64,000 bases of DNA from Chloropicon primus (Eukaryota). The stretch is taken from positions 372,001 through 436,000 of the forward strand of contig CP060768.1 of the NCBI GenBank assembly GCA_023205875.1. The letters are read 5' to 3'. Made by a program: the position numbers and the translations under genes. Positions 10,672-22,665 of this stretch are shown in pieces (the first letter of the stretch is position 1; the number at the start of each line of letters is the position of its first letter). The notes below the pieces were generated by a model. That model worked only from the letters and a program-made list of their open reading frames with translations. It was not told the origin of the DNA and ran no database searches.

Positions 10672-12465
10672 TTACAGGCCCATTGCGGCCGCCATGATGT
10701 CGAACTCGGGGTCCCCTGGCTTCGGGGGAGAAATCCTTCTTTCAACTGTGACCTTGGCACCGGTCTGGTCCTCGAGATGCCTCACGAGGGACCCGGTGCA
10801 TCTGAAGTTGTCCATCCTATTCCTTCCCAAACACTCGGCCTTTCTCTCGTCGAGCACGGCCTTGGGCAGGTAAGTTGACTTGACCCGATACTGCGGCTTT
10901 GCCGTGGAAGAGAATTCGCCGAAGATTTCAACCGTAGGTCCGAGCTCCGGACCCGTTGTCTCGTAAAGCAGGAAGAAGATGTTGTGCTGCATCATGTTGA
11001 AGAAGTCCGACTGATCGTGCGTCCAGTTGAATTGCGGGTCGATTCCATTCAGGCCCACGACCGTGTATCTGTCACCCTTTTTGAACTCCCAAGGTTTGCA
11101 ATGCACCTCGCCGGCCCTGTCGTAGTAGCTGGCCTTCCACATCTGCTGCCAGGGCTGGGGATACGCCCTGGAACTGTCCGTGCCATTGACATACTCCAGC
11201 AGCTTGTTCTCGTCGCTGTGCATCATCCAGCACCTCAGGGACTCCATTCCCTTATCGCTTTTGGCCAGCTTGTCACTCAGGGCTTGGATCGGATCCCCTT
11301 CGGGGGCCCAAACCCTGTCGTAGGCATCAAGCTTGCCGTTTTTGGTCACGTTGTTGTCGTCGACGTACTTGAGGAGGTTCTCCGTCAATCCGAGCTCCTC
11401 TGGAGCTGCCGCGAAGGCCCAGAACCCAGTGAAGTAAGACTTGTGGGCGTGGAACCAAGGCAGTTGGTCCTCCGGCGAAATGATGATCTTGCCGTCCACG
11501 GGCCAGGCCCCCGTGTTCCATTTCAAGCTCTGCCTCCTCGTGACGACGTTTACCGCTAGCTCGTGAGTCAACCCCTTCATGTGCAAGGCCGCTGCGCTGA
11601 CTGGCTTGAGGTCCCTCGCGCTCCACTTGAAGGACATCTCTCCGTAAAACACCAGAGGAGGAGGGTCGAAGATCATCGTATCGTCATTCCTCCTGACGTC
11701 GTTAAAGATCGTCGTGAGCGTGATGTAGTCCTGGATCTCCTCGTTGTTCACGTATGGCACGCCATAGCCTTCGGGATAGCTGATCAAGTAGCAACTCACG
11801 CCGCCGTAGGCATCGCTGCAAAGGGCGTCGCCGTGGGACTCGTACGCGTGCAAGATGCCAGAGAACCCTGCCATGATGTGGTGCGTGTGCAGTGGAGGGT
11901 AACTTGCCACCTCCCCGTTCTCGTACACCGGAGCTGCCATCTTCCCCGTGATGAACTTTGCCTTTTGCGGCGTGACCAGATTAAGAAAGTTGATCTCGTG
12001 ATGGTCGTAACCGCCGATACCGATCATGGGACCGAACCTGTAGATGATCCAGCCGTCCAGCCCACCCTCCTCCTCCACCTCGCAGACTTGCACCCCAACG
12101 TACCTGTTTTCTCTTTCGGTCAAGTTGAACTGACTCTCCGCGTAGTGGTACTGAGCTAGGGTGCCCTCCCTCTTCCTGTCAACGCTCCGCCACTTGCCTT
12201 GCTTGTCACACTGCAAGTTTCTGATGGCCTTGTAGTCCTCCATCTTGCGCTCGCGCACCTCCCTGATTGTACTCGTTTCTGGACGCCCCTCTGGTCTCAC
12301 AGCGTGGTCCATTATGCTCACAGGCTTGCTGAGCATTCCCTGGGACATGTAAACCAGACTTGCCAAGAGGATTCCTGCACAGATGACCACGGTCTGGCTC
12401 GTAGTCTTCACGCCAAACACCATCACGGAATCCCCCTTCCTCCTCTTCAAACTGTCCGAACCCAT
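10672..12465 (-). CDS. Uncharacterised type II membrane protein with His motifs (possibly copper-monooxygenase-like)
   Basis: ~600-aa ORF with an N-terminal TM segment and PPLHTHH, FHAH and MMQH motifs; family assignment is weak. Confidence 0.6.
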   Translation of the reverse strand: MGSDSLKRRKGDSVMVFGVKTTSQTVVICAGILLASLVYMSQGMLSKPVSIMDHAVRPEGRPETSTIREVRERKMEDYKAIRNLQCDKQGKWRSVDRKREGTLAQYHYAESQFNLTERENRYVGVQVCEVEEEGGLDGWIIYRFGPMIGIGGYDHHEINFLNLVTPQKAKFITGKMAAPVYENGEVASYPPLHTHHIMAGFSGILHAYESHGDALCSDAYGGVSCYLISYPEGYGVPYVNNEEIQDYITLTTIFNDVRRNDDTMIFDPPPLVFYGEMSFKWSARDLKPVSAAALHMKGLTHELAVNVVTRRQSLKWNTGAWPVDGKIIISPEDQLPWFHAHKSYFTGFWAFAAAPEELGLTENLLKYVDDNNVTKNGKLDAYDRVWAPEGDPIQALSDKLAKSDKGMESLRCWMMHSDENKLLEYVNGTDSSRAYPQPWQQMWKASYYDRAGEVHCKPWEFKKGDRYTVVGLNGIDPQFNWTHDQSDFFNMMQHNIFFLLYETTGPELGPTVEIFGEFSSTAKPQYRVKSTYLPKAVLDERKAECLGRNRMDNFRCTGSLVRHLEDQTGAKVTVERRISPPKPGDPEFDIMAAAMGL

Positions 12466-13390
12466 CTTTTGGTCCTTAATATTATATATCCACCTCAAGG
12501 GTGGGTGGGCTCACGTGCTTGCCGAGTACGTGACCGGTGTCCACACCAATCCGAAGTCACTCCGTGATATGAGATGGGAGGGTGACCAACCTCCTTCAGA
12601 AGCCCCTCCCCTCCTCACCCACGTCACCAAGGCCTCCTCCTCCAGCAAAACCAGAGCCAAAGGCCAGAGCCAAAGGCCAAGTCTTCTTGTGGGACACACA
12701 GCACAACACAACACGACACAACTCGTCAGTACCTGAGAAGGAACTTGGAGTTGCACTGTGGACACTTTGCCAAGAAGGAGACGTATTCCTGCCACTTCTT
12801 CCTGGTCCAAGTGTACTTGCACTTCAAACACTTCATCCACCGCGGCACCTTCACTGTCAAAAAGTACCTTGTCTTTGCCTTTGCCTTGGATCGTAATACG
12901 ATCCTATTTCTATTTCCATCCCTTGCTCCTCTCTTCAAATTTGAAGTTGAAATTCAGAAAAGTTCGCCTACCGGAAAAGTCGAAGAGAGAAAGGCCTTCG
13001 CCTAGGCGGCGTGGGGGTTGGAACGAGGTGAGTTTTTAGGGCGATTTTGGCGACGAGGAGGTGTCTGGAGGCGAACGAGAGGTTGATGGATCGATTCTTC
13101 GTCTCTTCCTCTTTCGTTCGACACCTCGATTGAAGAGAACGACGTTCTGGTGAGGATTTGAGGAACTAAAATGTTTTGACTTTTCTCTTTGTTCTGCTGG
13201 GATCGATCCCAAGGTATACAGGTGACTTTGGCGCCCGTTTTGAAAGAGAGGGGGAACCTGCGAGCGGCGAGAGGTTGAGACGGAAAGAGTCTCTTGGTCT
13301 TTCCATCGACACCGGACTTGGCGCCTTGGACGGCCGGAGGACCTCTCAAGGACGAGGACGGGAGGCTGGTGGTGGCAGCGAGAGGCCAAC

Positions 13391-16300
13391 ATGGTGCGCG
13401 AGGGTTTGCGCAAGAGAAACCGCTGGGACGATGCGGGTGCGGAGGGTGATCCTGTCGTCAAGGAAGTTGGTAAGGCCAAGGCAAAGGAAGAGCAGCCACC
13501 TGAGAGTCTCTTGAGCGAGCAGAGCGAGCAGACAGGTGTCCGCCCCCCTGGGGGGGGTTCGAACAGGTCGGACCGTGGATCGCCAGGGAAGAAGAAGTCG
13601 AGGTGGACGAGGAGCGAGGCGGCGGAGACTGGCAAGAAATCGGAGTGGGAGAGCGACGAGGAGGAGGACGCGACGGAGGTGAGGGTCTTCGACGACGGGA
13701 GAAAGGCGGCAAGCAAGGAGGCAGCAGAGCGGCCAAGGGCGAACCGCTGGGACGAAACGCCGGTTGTTGGAAGCAGGTGGGACTCAGGCGCAAGTGCAGC
13801 CACGCCGAAGCAGAGGTCAAGGTGGGATGAAACGCCACAAGTCTCGAGCGGGGCTTTTCCGGCTGCTTCGGGGGCGGAGACGCCCGTTGTCTACGGCGGG
13901 AACGGGTCCGTGATGGAAACACCCGTCGGTGGCAGCGGCATGGAGACGCCGGTCCATGTACCGGGGGGGCAGGCAGAGCAAGCGAGGCGGACGCTCGACC
14001 CATCGCTGATGACGCCGGAGCACTTGAGCTCTCTCCGTTGGGAGAAGGATATCGAAGCAAGAAACAGGCCTTGGACCGACGAGGAGCTTGACGCGATCAT
14101 TCCCGATGGATACAAGATCGTCCCGCCTCCGGCGAGTTACGTGCCGATCAGCACGCCATGGAGGAAGCTCACAGCGACTCCCACCCCAATGAGCGACGGC
14201 GGGGGCGGGGAACAAATGTACCAGATGCCCTCGAGCGGAGAGGGGAGTGTTGGTGGCGCGGGAACCGGTCTCACCTTGCCAGCGGGCATGAAGGACCTGC
14301 CGGAGCTGAAGCCCGAGGACTACCAGTTCTTCGCGCCGCTTCTCAAGGACGTGGACGCCGAAAATCTGACCATGGAGGAGGCCAAGGACAGGAAGATTGC
14401 CAAGCTCTTGCTCAAAGTCAAAAACGGGACGCCGCAGCAGAGGAAAGTGTCCTTGAGGTGGCTCACGGACAAGGCCAGGGACTTTGGGGCCGGGCCCTTG
14501 TTCAACCAAATCCTTCCGCTTCTGATGTCACCAACGCTCGAGGATCAGGAGAGGCATTTGCTCGTCAAGGTGATCGACAGAATTTTGTACAAGCTCGACG
14601 AACTGGTGCGACCTTACGTGCACAAGATCTTGGTGGTCATCGAGCCTCTTCTCATTGACGAGGACTACTACGCCAGGGTGGAGGGAAGGGAGATCATCAG
14701 CAACCTGAGCAAGGCTGCGGGCTTGGCCACGATGATTGCGGCGATGAGGCCTGACATTGACAACGTGGATGAGTACGTCCGGAACACCACTGCGAGGGCG
14801 TTCAGTGTGGTGGCTTCGGCACTGGGCATTCCTGCCCTTGTGCCCTTCCTCAAGGCCGTCTGCCAGAGCAAAAAGTCGTGGCAGGCCAGGCATACTGGCA
14901 TAAAAATCGTGCAGCAGATATCGATCCTCGTTGGCTGCGCGGTTCTCCCGCACTTGAAGGCTTTGGTGAACATCGTTCGGCCAGGCTTGCAGGATGAGAA
15001 CCAGAAGGTGAGGACGGTTTGCGCGCTGGCCTTGGCGGCCCTGGCGGAGGCATCTGCACCGTTTGGCATCGAGTCCTTCGACCCCGTGCTGAAGCCCTTG
15101 TGGAAGGGGGTGAGATCTCACCGGGGCAAGATTCTGGCGGCTTTCCTCAAAGCGATCGGTTACATCATCCCCTTGATGGACCCCATGCACGCCAATTACT
15201 ACACCAGGGAAGTCATGGTGATCCTGATCAGGGAGTTCGCCACCCCGGACGAGGAGATGAAGAAGATTGTGCTCAAAGTCGTCAAGCAGTGCGTGTCGAC
15301 TGACGGCGTTGAGGGCAGTTACATCAGGGAGGAGATCTTGCCTCCCTTCTTCAAGCACTTTTGGGTTCGTAGAATGGCCCTTGACCGGAGGAACTACAGG
15401 CAGCTGGTGGACACGACTGTGGAGGTCAGCTCCAAGGTGGGCTGCGTGGACGTAATCGAAAAGATTGTGGATGACTTGAAGGACGAGAGTGAAGCTTACC
15501 GCCGCATGGTCACGGAAGCCATTGGCCTCATCATCGAGAAGATGGGAATCAGCGAGCTCGATACAAGCTTGGAGGAGCGGCTTGTCGACGGCATGCTCTT
15601 TGCCTTCCAAGAGCAACTTTCTGATGACACCCAAGTCATGCTGACCGGCGTGGGCACCGTCGTGACTGCTCTGGGAGAGAGGGCGAAACCGTATCTCCCC
15701 CAAATCTGCGGCACGATCAAGTGGAGACTGAACAACAAGTCTGCCAAGGTGAGGCAGCAGGCCGCTGACCTGATCTCCCACGTTGCCCCGGTCCTGAGGA
15801 TATGCGAGGAAGATAAACTCATGAGCCACCTTGGCACTGTCCTCTACGAGTACTTGGGCGAGGAGTATCCTGAAGTTCTTGGCAGCATTCTTGGTGCTAT
15901 GAAGGCTGTCGTCAACGTCATTGGTATGGATAACATGACGCCGCCCATCAAGGACTTGCTTCCGAGGCTTACCCCAATCCTGAGGAACAGGCACGAGAAG
16001 GTCCAAGAGAATTCGATCGATTTGGTGGGCAGAATTGCGGACAGGGGCGCCGAGTACGTGCCGGCGAGGGAGTGGATGAGGATCTGCTTCGAGTTGCTTG
16101 AAATGCTCAAAGCTACTAAGAAGGGGATCAGGAGGGCGACCGTGAACACTTTTGGCTACATTGCGAAGGCCATTGGACCCAGCGATGTCCTCGCCACCCT
16201 TTTGAACAACCTTAAGGTTCAAGAGAGGCAGAACAGGGTTTGCACCACCGTGGCCATCGCCATCGTAGCAGAGAGTTGTGCCCCGTTCACGGTCATTCCA

Positions 16301-16846
16301 GCGGTGATGAACGAATACAAGGTGCCAGACATGAACGTTCAGAACGGTGTCTTGAAGAGTCTGTCCTTCATGTTCGAGTACATCGGGGAAATGGGGAAGG
16401 ATTACATCTATTCTGTTGTCCCCCTCTTGGAGGACGCATTGATGGATCGGGACCTTGTGCACCGGCAGACCGCGGCAAGCGCCGTCGGTCATCTGGCCCT
16501 CGGAGTTCCTGGAATGGGTTGCGAGGACGCTTTCATCCATTTGCTGAACTTCGTGTGGCCAAACATCTTCGAGAACAGCCCCCACGTGATCAATGCCATG
16601 TTCAATGCCATTGATGGAATCAGGGTCGCTGTGGGCCCAGGCATCCTCCTGCAGTACACGCTCCAGGGTCTCTTTCATCCTGCGAGGAAGGTGAGGGAGA
16701 AGTATTGGAGGGTCTACAACAACCTCTACACGTCTGGACAAGATGCTTTGGTGGCCTACTACCCCAGAAGTCTTTTGCAGGGATCCCCGGGGTCCTCGGA
16801 AAAGGAGAGCTTGCTCTCTTGTCCCGAGCTGAACATGATGATCTAG
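13391..16846 (+). CDS. SF3B1: Splicing factor 3B subunit 1
   Basis: RWDETP repeats; [29 protein letters not shown] and [24 protein letters not shown]-region matches. Confidence 0.98.
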   Translation: MVREGLRKRNRWDDAGAEGDPVVKEVGKAKAKEEQPPESLLSEQSEQTGVRPPGGGSNRSDRGSPGKKKSRWTRSEAAETGKKSEWESDEEEDATEVRVFDDGRKAASKEAAERPRANRWDETPVVGSRWDSGASAATPKQRSRWDETPQVSSGAFPAASGAETPVVYGGNGSVMETPVGGSGMETPVHVPGGQAEQARRTLDPSLMTPEHLSSLRWEKDIEARNRPWTDEELDAIIPDGYKIVPPPASYVPISTPWRKLTATPTPMSDGGGGEQMYQMPSSGEGSVGGAGTGLTLPAGMKDLPELKPEDYQFFAPLLKDVDAENLTMEEAKDRKIAKLLLKVKNGTPQQRKVSLRWLTDKARDFGAGPLFNQILPLLMSPTLEDQERHLLVKVIDRILYKLDELVRPYVHKILVVIEPLLIDEDYYARVEGREIISNLSKAAGLATMIAAMRPDIDNVDEYVRNTTARAFSVVASALGIPALVPFLKAVCQSKKSWQARHTGIKIVQQISILVGCAVLPHLKALVNIVRPGLQDENQKVRTVCALALAALAEASAPFGIESFDPVLKPLWKGVRSHRGKILAAFLKAIGYIIPLMDPMHANYYTREVMVILIREFATPDEEMKKIVLKVVKQCVSTDGVEGSYIREEILPPFFKHFWVRRMALDRRNYRQLVDTTVEVSSKVGCVDVIEKIVDDLKDESEAYRRMVTEAIGLIIEKMGISELDTSLEERLVDGMLFAFQEQLSDDTQVMLTGVGTVVTALGERAKPYLPQICGTIKWRLNNKSAKVRQQAADLISHVAPVLRICEEDKLMSHLGTVLYEYLGEEYPEVLGSILGAMKAVVNVIGMDNMTPPIKDLLPRLTPILRNRHEKVQENSIDLVGRIADRGAEYVPAREWMRICFELLEMLKATKKGIRRATVNTFGYIAKAIGPSDVLATLLNNLKVQERQNRVCTTVAIAIVAESCAPFTVIPAVMNEYKVPDMNVQNGVLKSLSFMFEYIGEMGKDYIYSVVPLLEDALMDRDLVHRQTAASAVGHLALGVPGMGCEDAFIHLLNFVWPNIFENSPHVINAMFNAIDGIRVAVGPGILLQYTLQGLFHPARKVREKYWRVYNNLYTSGQDALVAYYPRSLLQGSPGSSEKESLLSCPELNMMI

Positions 16847-16908
16847 TTTCGCGCGTCTTGGAAAATATATAATTCATGTATGTACAATATACTTAACAGG
16901 GTCAAAGC

Positions 16909-19900
16909 TCAGCTGCTGCTCGTGTAGAACTGCTTCAGAGACGTCCCCCTCTTGTGGTTCGCAGGAACGAAAGTCACGCTCGACACGTAGTTGTTCGTGT
17001 ACGTGTCGTGCAGGGTAAAGGAGGAGTGGTTCACGTTCGAGTGAATGTACTGCTTCTGCTGGTAGCTGCTCAATTGATCCCGACTGCTTCCAAAGGTAGC
17101 CGCGGCCGCCTTCCCTGCCCCGCTTTTCCTGCTCCTGGAATCGCTCTTGGAATCCTTTTCCTTGGGCTTGGGCTGGTCAAAATGGTAGCTCGAGGGCTCC
17201 GCAAACCCCAAGTTACCCCCCCCCTCATAAGAGTTGTTGGTCGTGTTGATCTGCAGGGAGCCTACGATTCCCTCAAAGCTCATGTTGGTCATTCGGACGG
17301 GTACTCTGCCCCCCACATTGGCGTGCTCCAGGCCCGAGTTGTCAAGGGACAGAGAACCGTTATCCGCGTACTCCGAGGGCACAAAGATCCCTGCCGCCTG
17401 CAAGCTCCCGATCGTGTACTGGGCCTCCGCCTGGGCTCTCTCCTCGCTTGATACGGGCCGGCCATCGAGCATCTGCAAGAGAGGGAATCTCATGACCGTG
17501 TAACTTCGGTAAACTCCTTTCCTCGCCACAGGGTTGCCGCTGAGGTTGAGCTCCGTCAGGGTATCCTTCAGCACGGCAAGGTGGTCGATGTCCACGATAT
17601 CAGAAATCCTGTTGTTTGCCGCGTGCAGCACGACGATGTTGGACGACACGCAGAGGTGCTGCAAGGACCTCAAACCATTGTCGTCTAGCCTCAATTCCCT
17701 CAGGCCTCGAATGTGCTGAAGCGAGGTGCTCTCCAAGTACTTGATGCGGTTGCCATCCAAGATGAGCTCCTGCAGGTTTGGCAGCTTGACGAGTCCATCG
17801 ATCTTAGAGATGCTGTTGTCCTGGACAAACAGAGTCTTGAGAGACCGCAAGCCAGCAAGCTGCAGCCCCTTGACAGAATGGATCTGGTTGCCCCCCAGCT
17901 GCAGCACCTCCAGCTGAGGGAAGCAGATGTCACACAGCTTCTTCTTGCTGTGGTGGCAATCGTGGTCATTGTGCTCGCAGAAGATGGCGGAGTCCAGCCT
18001 GTTGTTGTTGAGTCGGAGCACGTGGAGCTTTGGCAGCGTCCTCAGCCCGTCGACGTTCTGCAACAGGTTGTTGTCCAAATTCACTTCGCACAGATTCGCG
18101 AACGCGCCTCCACTGAAAGCATGGCAAACATCTCGCAGGCGCAAGTTGCTGATGTCCAGGTCCCGCAGGTGGTCAAAGAACCTGTGGCCCACCTGCTCCT
18201 CGAGAGTATCTACCGTCAACCTGCCCAAGTACTTTGACCTGGCAGCCGCTTGCTCACTCGATTCCACCATCTGGCCATCCAAAACTTTTAGTTTCTTGAG
18301 GTGATAGACCGTGTAACCCCTGTAATCGTAATCATCGCACAAGGGGTTCCCCAAGAGATCCAAGATGATGAGCTTGCTGAAGCTCTTTAGCAGCTGGACC
18401 TCCCTAAGCTCAACGATGCGGTTGTTCCCGATGTACAGCTCCAAGAGGTTCTTCAAGCAAGAGATCCCTTGCAACGATGTGATCTCGTTGTCCTCCAGAC
18501 TAAGCTGTGTCAAGCTTGAAGAGAGGAAGGCTTGGCTGAAGCCGCTGATGCACGAGATCTTGTTCCTGCCGAGGTCCAACTTCTTCAGGTTCCTTAGGGA
18601 CTCCAAGTTCTCGACAGTCTGCACCCGGTTATCCTCGAGGCAGAGCTCTTCCAGATTATAGCACTCCTCGAGCCCCTCGATCCTTGTTATCTCATTGTCG
18701 CACAGGCTAAGGCGCTTGAGGTTGGAAAGCTTCGAGAGGTTTTCTATCTTTCGAATTTTCTTGTGGTCGAGCTCCAGCTCCTCCACCTCGGACCAAAACT
18801 CGGTTTCGCTGAGACCAGAAACGGATGTGTCCACGCTCTTCGGCTTGATCTCGGTCGTGTCCGGGCGGAGCCACACGAGTCTCGCGTGGTTGTACGCGTT
18901 CTCCTTCACGAGCTGCAACGTTAACGAGCAGCTGGCGGCATGACTCAAGTTTTGCTTCATGAAAGACTTGACTGGGACGCCATCAAGGTGAACCAGGCTC
19001 TCCAGCCTCTTCAGCACTAGGCTCTGGTAGTTCTTGTTGTCGCAGATGGCATTGTTTCGGAGGCTCAAGTTTTCGAGCTTTGGCACATACTTTCGAATCA
19101 CGTTCACGTCCTCAAGCCTGAAGATCAGGTTGTTCTCGAGCTTCAAGTTCCGGAGCTCAACGAGTCCGTTCACCCCCTCGATTTTCCTGATCTGGTTGTA
19201 GCCCAAGTCTAACGTCTGGAGCGTCTTCCCGATCTCCTCGAGGCCTTCGATCCTGGTCAGCTGGTTGAAGCTCAAGATCAAGGTCGTGATGTTCGGAAGG
19301 TGCTTCAAGTTCTCGATCCTTCTGATCCTGTTGGCACTCAAATTCAGGTACGTCAGTTTGTTGAGGTCCCCCACCGGGGCTGCGACCCTTCGAAGGATCT
19401 CCACCGTCATGATGTACGCCTTGGGCTGCTCCGTGATCGTGGGAGGCATGTTGATGATGGACTGGTACTTGTCGCACTTGTGAACCTCGTCACCCAAGTC
19501 TCCCTCGAAGGAGGACTTCCTCCCCTCCTTTGCGGTGTCGCTGTACTTCTTCTCGATGAAGAATTGAAGTGGCCTCGCGATGGATCTCACCTCTGGTGAG
19601 CTCACGGCGTTCAAGCAGGACTCGGACTCTGCCGCCTGGTAGTCGTACATGAACGAGGGGTGGGCGAGCTTGGATGGCTCGACCTCAAACTCGAATTCTA
19701 CGACGTACTCCGGCAGCACCAAAGTGCTGTCGAACACAAACCAAGACCTCTGCTTTGGATTGTTGGACTTCACCTTGAACAAGGCGTCGAACCCAGGCAT
19801 GGTATGCCTCGAGATCTTGTTCGCATCGATCCCGTTACCCGCGGGTTGCTTGGTGGGGGACTGCGCTTGCGCCAGCATGGATTTATCTTTCGTGTACTGG

Positions 19901-21825
19901 GTGCACTTGCCCAGATACACTCTGGAAATGATGAGCTGGCACGTGGGCCTCTCGGACAGTCCCATTGGCGACCGCACCTGCAGCACGTCCTTGACCTCGT
20001 CATAGCAGGAAACAGAGACGGAGTTGCTCAGCTTCACCGCCCCGTCCAAGCCCATGGACGCGTATTCTGCCGAGGGCCTGAAGCCGTCCTCGATCACGTG
20101 CGACATCTCCCCTTCCACCCCACCGTCGTGCTCCCCGTAGAACAGGTACTCGATGGACCTCTCGTTCTTGTTGTTCGCGGAGTCACTCGAGGCGTCCGAT
20201 TTCTTGCTCATCTTGTGGACAGTCTCCTCAAACTTGTGCCTCAGGCACCTGTTGTGGATGCGCGTCACCCTGACGATGTTGACTCCCCTGACACCCAACT
20301 CCTTGAAGTCCTGAATGAACGATCGGCTTTTCACCAAGTCCACGCAGGACGCGTACCAGAGGTCGCTCATGTTGCCATCCTCGAGCCTGATGTTGCCCCC
20401 AGTCTCAAGCTCGATCACCATTCTCCTGACGTAAGTGTTGCAAATCCCGTACGCGATGTCCTTTGCGTTATCGTAGATGATCTCAGCAGTCGCAACCTGG
20501 TGGTACTCCCTGTCCAAAGCGCTCATCAAAGACTCCCTCTTCTTCTCAAGCTCTTCCAACGCGTTCCCCCCATTCTTTTCGTCTGATTCTTCAGAACCCC
20601 CATTGTTTCTTATCGTGTACATCTCCCTCTCCACCAGGGTCAGGGCGTAAGACAATGCACCCAACGCTTGGTTCGAGGATGACACCGTCTTTTGCTTCCC
20701 CTCGTTCGCAATGCGAATCACGTTCGAGGTGTTCCTCCGCAAAGTTTTGATTCTCATGTTGTAGTACATCTTCTTCTTCATGTAGGTCGCCTCGGCAAGC
20801 TGCTTCGCTTCTTCCGATATGAAAATCGAGTCAAGGCTCTCGATCTGTTGCAAAATGAAGAGAACGTAGGTCTGGTAGTTGCACAAGGAGGTCATGGGGC
20901 AGTGGCCCCACAACGGGTCCGCGAAGAACAGGCACTTGAGCTTTGGAAGCCTGTAAGGGGACAGGTTCGACACCTCCTTGAAGGAACCAATTCTGTTTCC
21001 AGCCAAATTCAACGTCTCGAGCTTGCAGAGCCCAGCAAGGGAGTCCCCGATCACCGAGATCACGTTGTTCGCCAAGTTCAAGTTCCTCAACTCCTTGAGA
21101 TGCTCCAGGTTCTCCATCAAGAAAATTCTGTTGTCGGCAAGAGAGAGGACCTCCAACTCGTGCAAGTGTGACAGGTTCTCGACCCTGCGGATTCTATTGC
21201 TGTACAGGTAAAGCTTCTTCAGCTTGGTGCAGTTCTCCAGAAACTCTATCCGGTCCACCGAGGATTCGACGACCCAGAGCTCCTCGAGCTGCGTGCATTC
21301 CCTCAGACCCTCCAGACTGGTGAGGTTCTGCTGAATTATCTGAAGCTTCTTCAGACAAGGAAAGAACTGCAGGCTTGCGATCCTGGTCGTGTTGTAGAAC
21401 ATCATGCTGATCATGTCAATCTTGCCGGGGTTGTTGATCAAGTCCTCCTCCTGGTCAAGGCCATTCACCGTGCATACCCTCGTTAGAGTCTCTTGGTCCC
21501 TCTCCGAGATGTTTCTCAGCTTTATGCGGACGTCGTTTCTTCTTTGCTGCTCCTCCGGACTCAGGGGCTTGGGCGGCTCGGCAGGTCTCGCGTCCTTGGA
21601 GCGCGCGCTCCTCGCCCTCGCTGACTTGACGGAAGCCCTCCGCCTCGCTGAGGACACTCTCCTTGTGCTGCTGTGGCTTGAGCTCCTCTCCTCCTCCTCC
21701 TGCTCTCCTGAGGGCGCCCGGTTCAACTGCATCGACCTCCGCCTAGCAGAAGCGAGCGTTGCCTTGCTCACCTTGCCCTGTGGCGAAGCAAGGACTGAGC
21801 TTCTTCTCTGGTTGTCCACCGGCAT
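16909..21825 (-). CDS. LRRC9: Leucine-rich repeat protein, LRRC9-like, with a central PARP-like segment
   Basis: 1638 aa with several SDS22-type LRR blocks; KKKMYYNMRIKTL, ELETGGNIRLEDG and LVLPEYVVEFE motifs recalled as typical of LRRC9. Confidence 0.8.
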   Translation of the reverse strand: MPVDNQRRSSVLASPQGKVSKATLASARRRSMQLNRAPSGEQEEEERSSSHSSTRRVSSARRRASVKSARARSARSKDARPAEPPKPLSPEEQQRRNDVRIKLRNISERDQETLTRVCTVNGLDQEEDLINNPGKIDMISMMFYNTTRIASLQFFPCLKKLQIIQQNLTSLEGLRECTQLEELWVVESSVDRIEFLENCTKLKKLYLYSNRIRRVENLSHLHELEVLSLADNRIFLMENLEHLKELRNLNLANNVISVIGDSLAGLCKLETLNLAGNRIGSFKEVSNLSPYRLPKLKCLFFADPLWGHCPMTSLCNYQTYVLFILQQIESLDSIFISEEAKQLAEATYMKKKMYYNMRIKTLRRNTSNVIRIANEGKQKTVSSSNQALGALSYALTLVEREMYTIRNNGGSEESDEKNGGNALEELEKKRESLMSALDREYHQVATAEIIYDNAKDIAYGICNTYVRRMVIELETGGNIRLEDGNMSDLWYASCVDLVKSRSFIQDFKELGVRGVNIVRVTRIHNRCLRHKFEETVHKMSKKSDASSDSANNKNERSIEYLFYGEHDGGVEGEMSHVIEDGFRPSAEYASMGLDGAVKLSNSVSVSCYDEVKDVLQVRSPMGLSERPTCQLIISRVYLGKCTQYTKDKSMLAQAQSPTKQPAGNGIDANKISRHTMPGFDALFKVKSNNPKQRSWFVFDSTLVLPEYVVEFEFEVEPSKLAHPSFMYDYQAAESESCLNAVSSPEVRSIARPLQFFIEKKYSDTAKEGRKSSFEGDLGDEVHKCDKYQSIINMPPTITEQPKAYIMTVEILRRVAAPVGDLNKLTYLNLSANRIRRIENLKHLPNITTLILSFNQLTRIEGLEEIGKTLQTLDLGYNQIRKIEGVNGLVELRNLKLENNLIFRLEDVNVIRKYVPKLENLSLRNNAICDNKNYQSLVLKRLESLVHLDGVPVKSFMKQNLSHAASCSLTLQLVKENAYNHARLVWLRPDTTEIKPKSVDTSVSGLSETEFWSEVEELELDHKKIRKIENLSKLSNLKRLSLCDNEITRIEGLEECYNLEELCLEDNRVQTVENLESLRNLKKLDLGRNKISCISGFSQAFLSSSLTQLSLEDNEITSLQGISCLKNLLELYIGNNRIVELREVQLLKSFSKLIILDLLGNPLCDDYDYRGYTVYHLKKLKVLDGQMVESSEQAAARSKYLGRLTVDTLEEQVGHRFFDHLRDLDISNLRLRDVCHAFSGGAFANLCEVNLDNNLLQNVDGLRTLPKLHVLRLNNNRLDSAIFCEHNDHDCHHSKKKLCDICFPQLEVLQLGGNQIHSVKGLQLAGLRSLKTLFVQDNSISKIDGLVKLPNLQELILDGNRIKYLESTSLQHIRGLRELRLDDNGLRSLQHLCVSSNIVVLHAANNRISDIVDIDHLAVLKDTLTELNLSGNPVARKGVYRSYTVMRFPLLQMLDGRPVSSEERAQAEAQYTIGSLQAAGIFVPSEYADNGSLSLDNSGLEHANVGGRVPVRMTNMSFEGIVGSLQINTTNNSYEGGGNLGFAEPSSYHFDQPKPKEKDSKSDSRSRKSGAGKAAAATFGSSRDQLSSYQQKQYIHSNVNHSSFTLHDTYTNNYVSSVTFVPANHKRGTSLKQFYTSSS

Positions 21826-22665
21826 GTCTAAACCTCCCCTCCTGGTATTCTATTTCCCGTTCTTCTCCTCGCAAGCTTCCCTTCTCTTCTGTCCCAAGCC
21901 AAGACAAGCCAACTACTCTTATACAAAGGGCATGCCTTCCTGTTGCTTGTCCCTTCGCTCCAAAACCCTTCCGTCGTAACCCAGGAGAGGCTGAACAACA
22001 CCTAGGCCAACCCGGCTCCACCCTTCACCCTTCCCAGGCTACTCCTTGACGGGAACACTTGAAAGATGAGGATCTTGGCCTCCCTCCTGGTCCCTCCTGG
22101 GTATCAGTATCAAGTCACCACCACCACAACGGAGCGGAGCGGAAGCAAACGAGCTCACAAAGGTAAGGGACCGGAGAGCCTGTGTGTGCTCCTTTGTCCA
22201 ATGGAAAGGAAAGGTCCTCGTCTTGTTGTTGTGGTTCAAGTCCAAGCATCCACAAAGACTGTGGGGCGCGATTGGATGGATTCTATTCTATTCTTGTGAC
22301 CGAATTTCCTCTCCCCTTCTGGGCTCAACGGAAAGATGAAGTTTTGAATAAGAATTAAATCGAACTCGGGGACAGGAGGAACAGGAGGAACAGGAGGGGA
22401 AAGTTCCCATCCCATCTACATCGCGCGTGAACGAGGCCCGTGTCTCTCCCAAGGAGGGGGTGGGAGTTGGATCAACTCTGATGGTCAGTAACCAGTGTAG
22501 AATGGATGGAATCTGAGACAAGACAAGCCAGGGGCCATCCAATGCAGTGGTGGTCTTCTTCTGTAGTGTTGGCCCTTTTTGTCTCAGAGCGGGACTAGTG
22601 CGACTCACGACGCGCACGAAAAGAGCAAGAGACAGAATAACAAAATAGCATGCTACCACATTGAA

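Noticed and set aside
14528..16741. 737-aa antisense ORF and similar long shadow ORFs (e.g. 31088-32287, 29501-30700, 59191-60345)
   Set aside because: They mirror well-supported genes and are explained by GC-rich codon bias.
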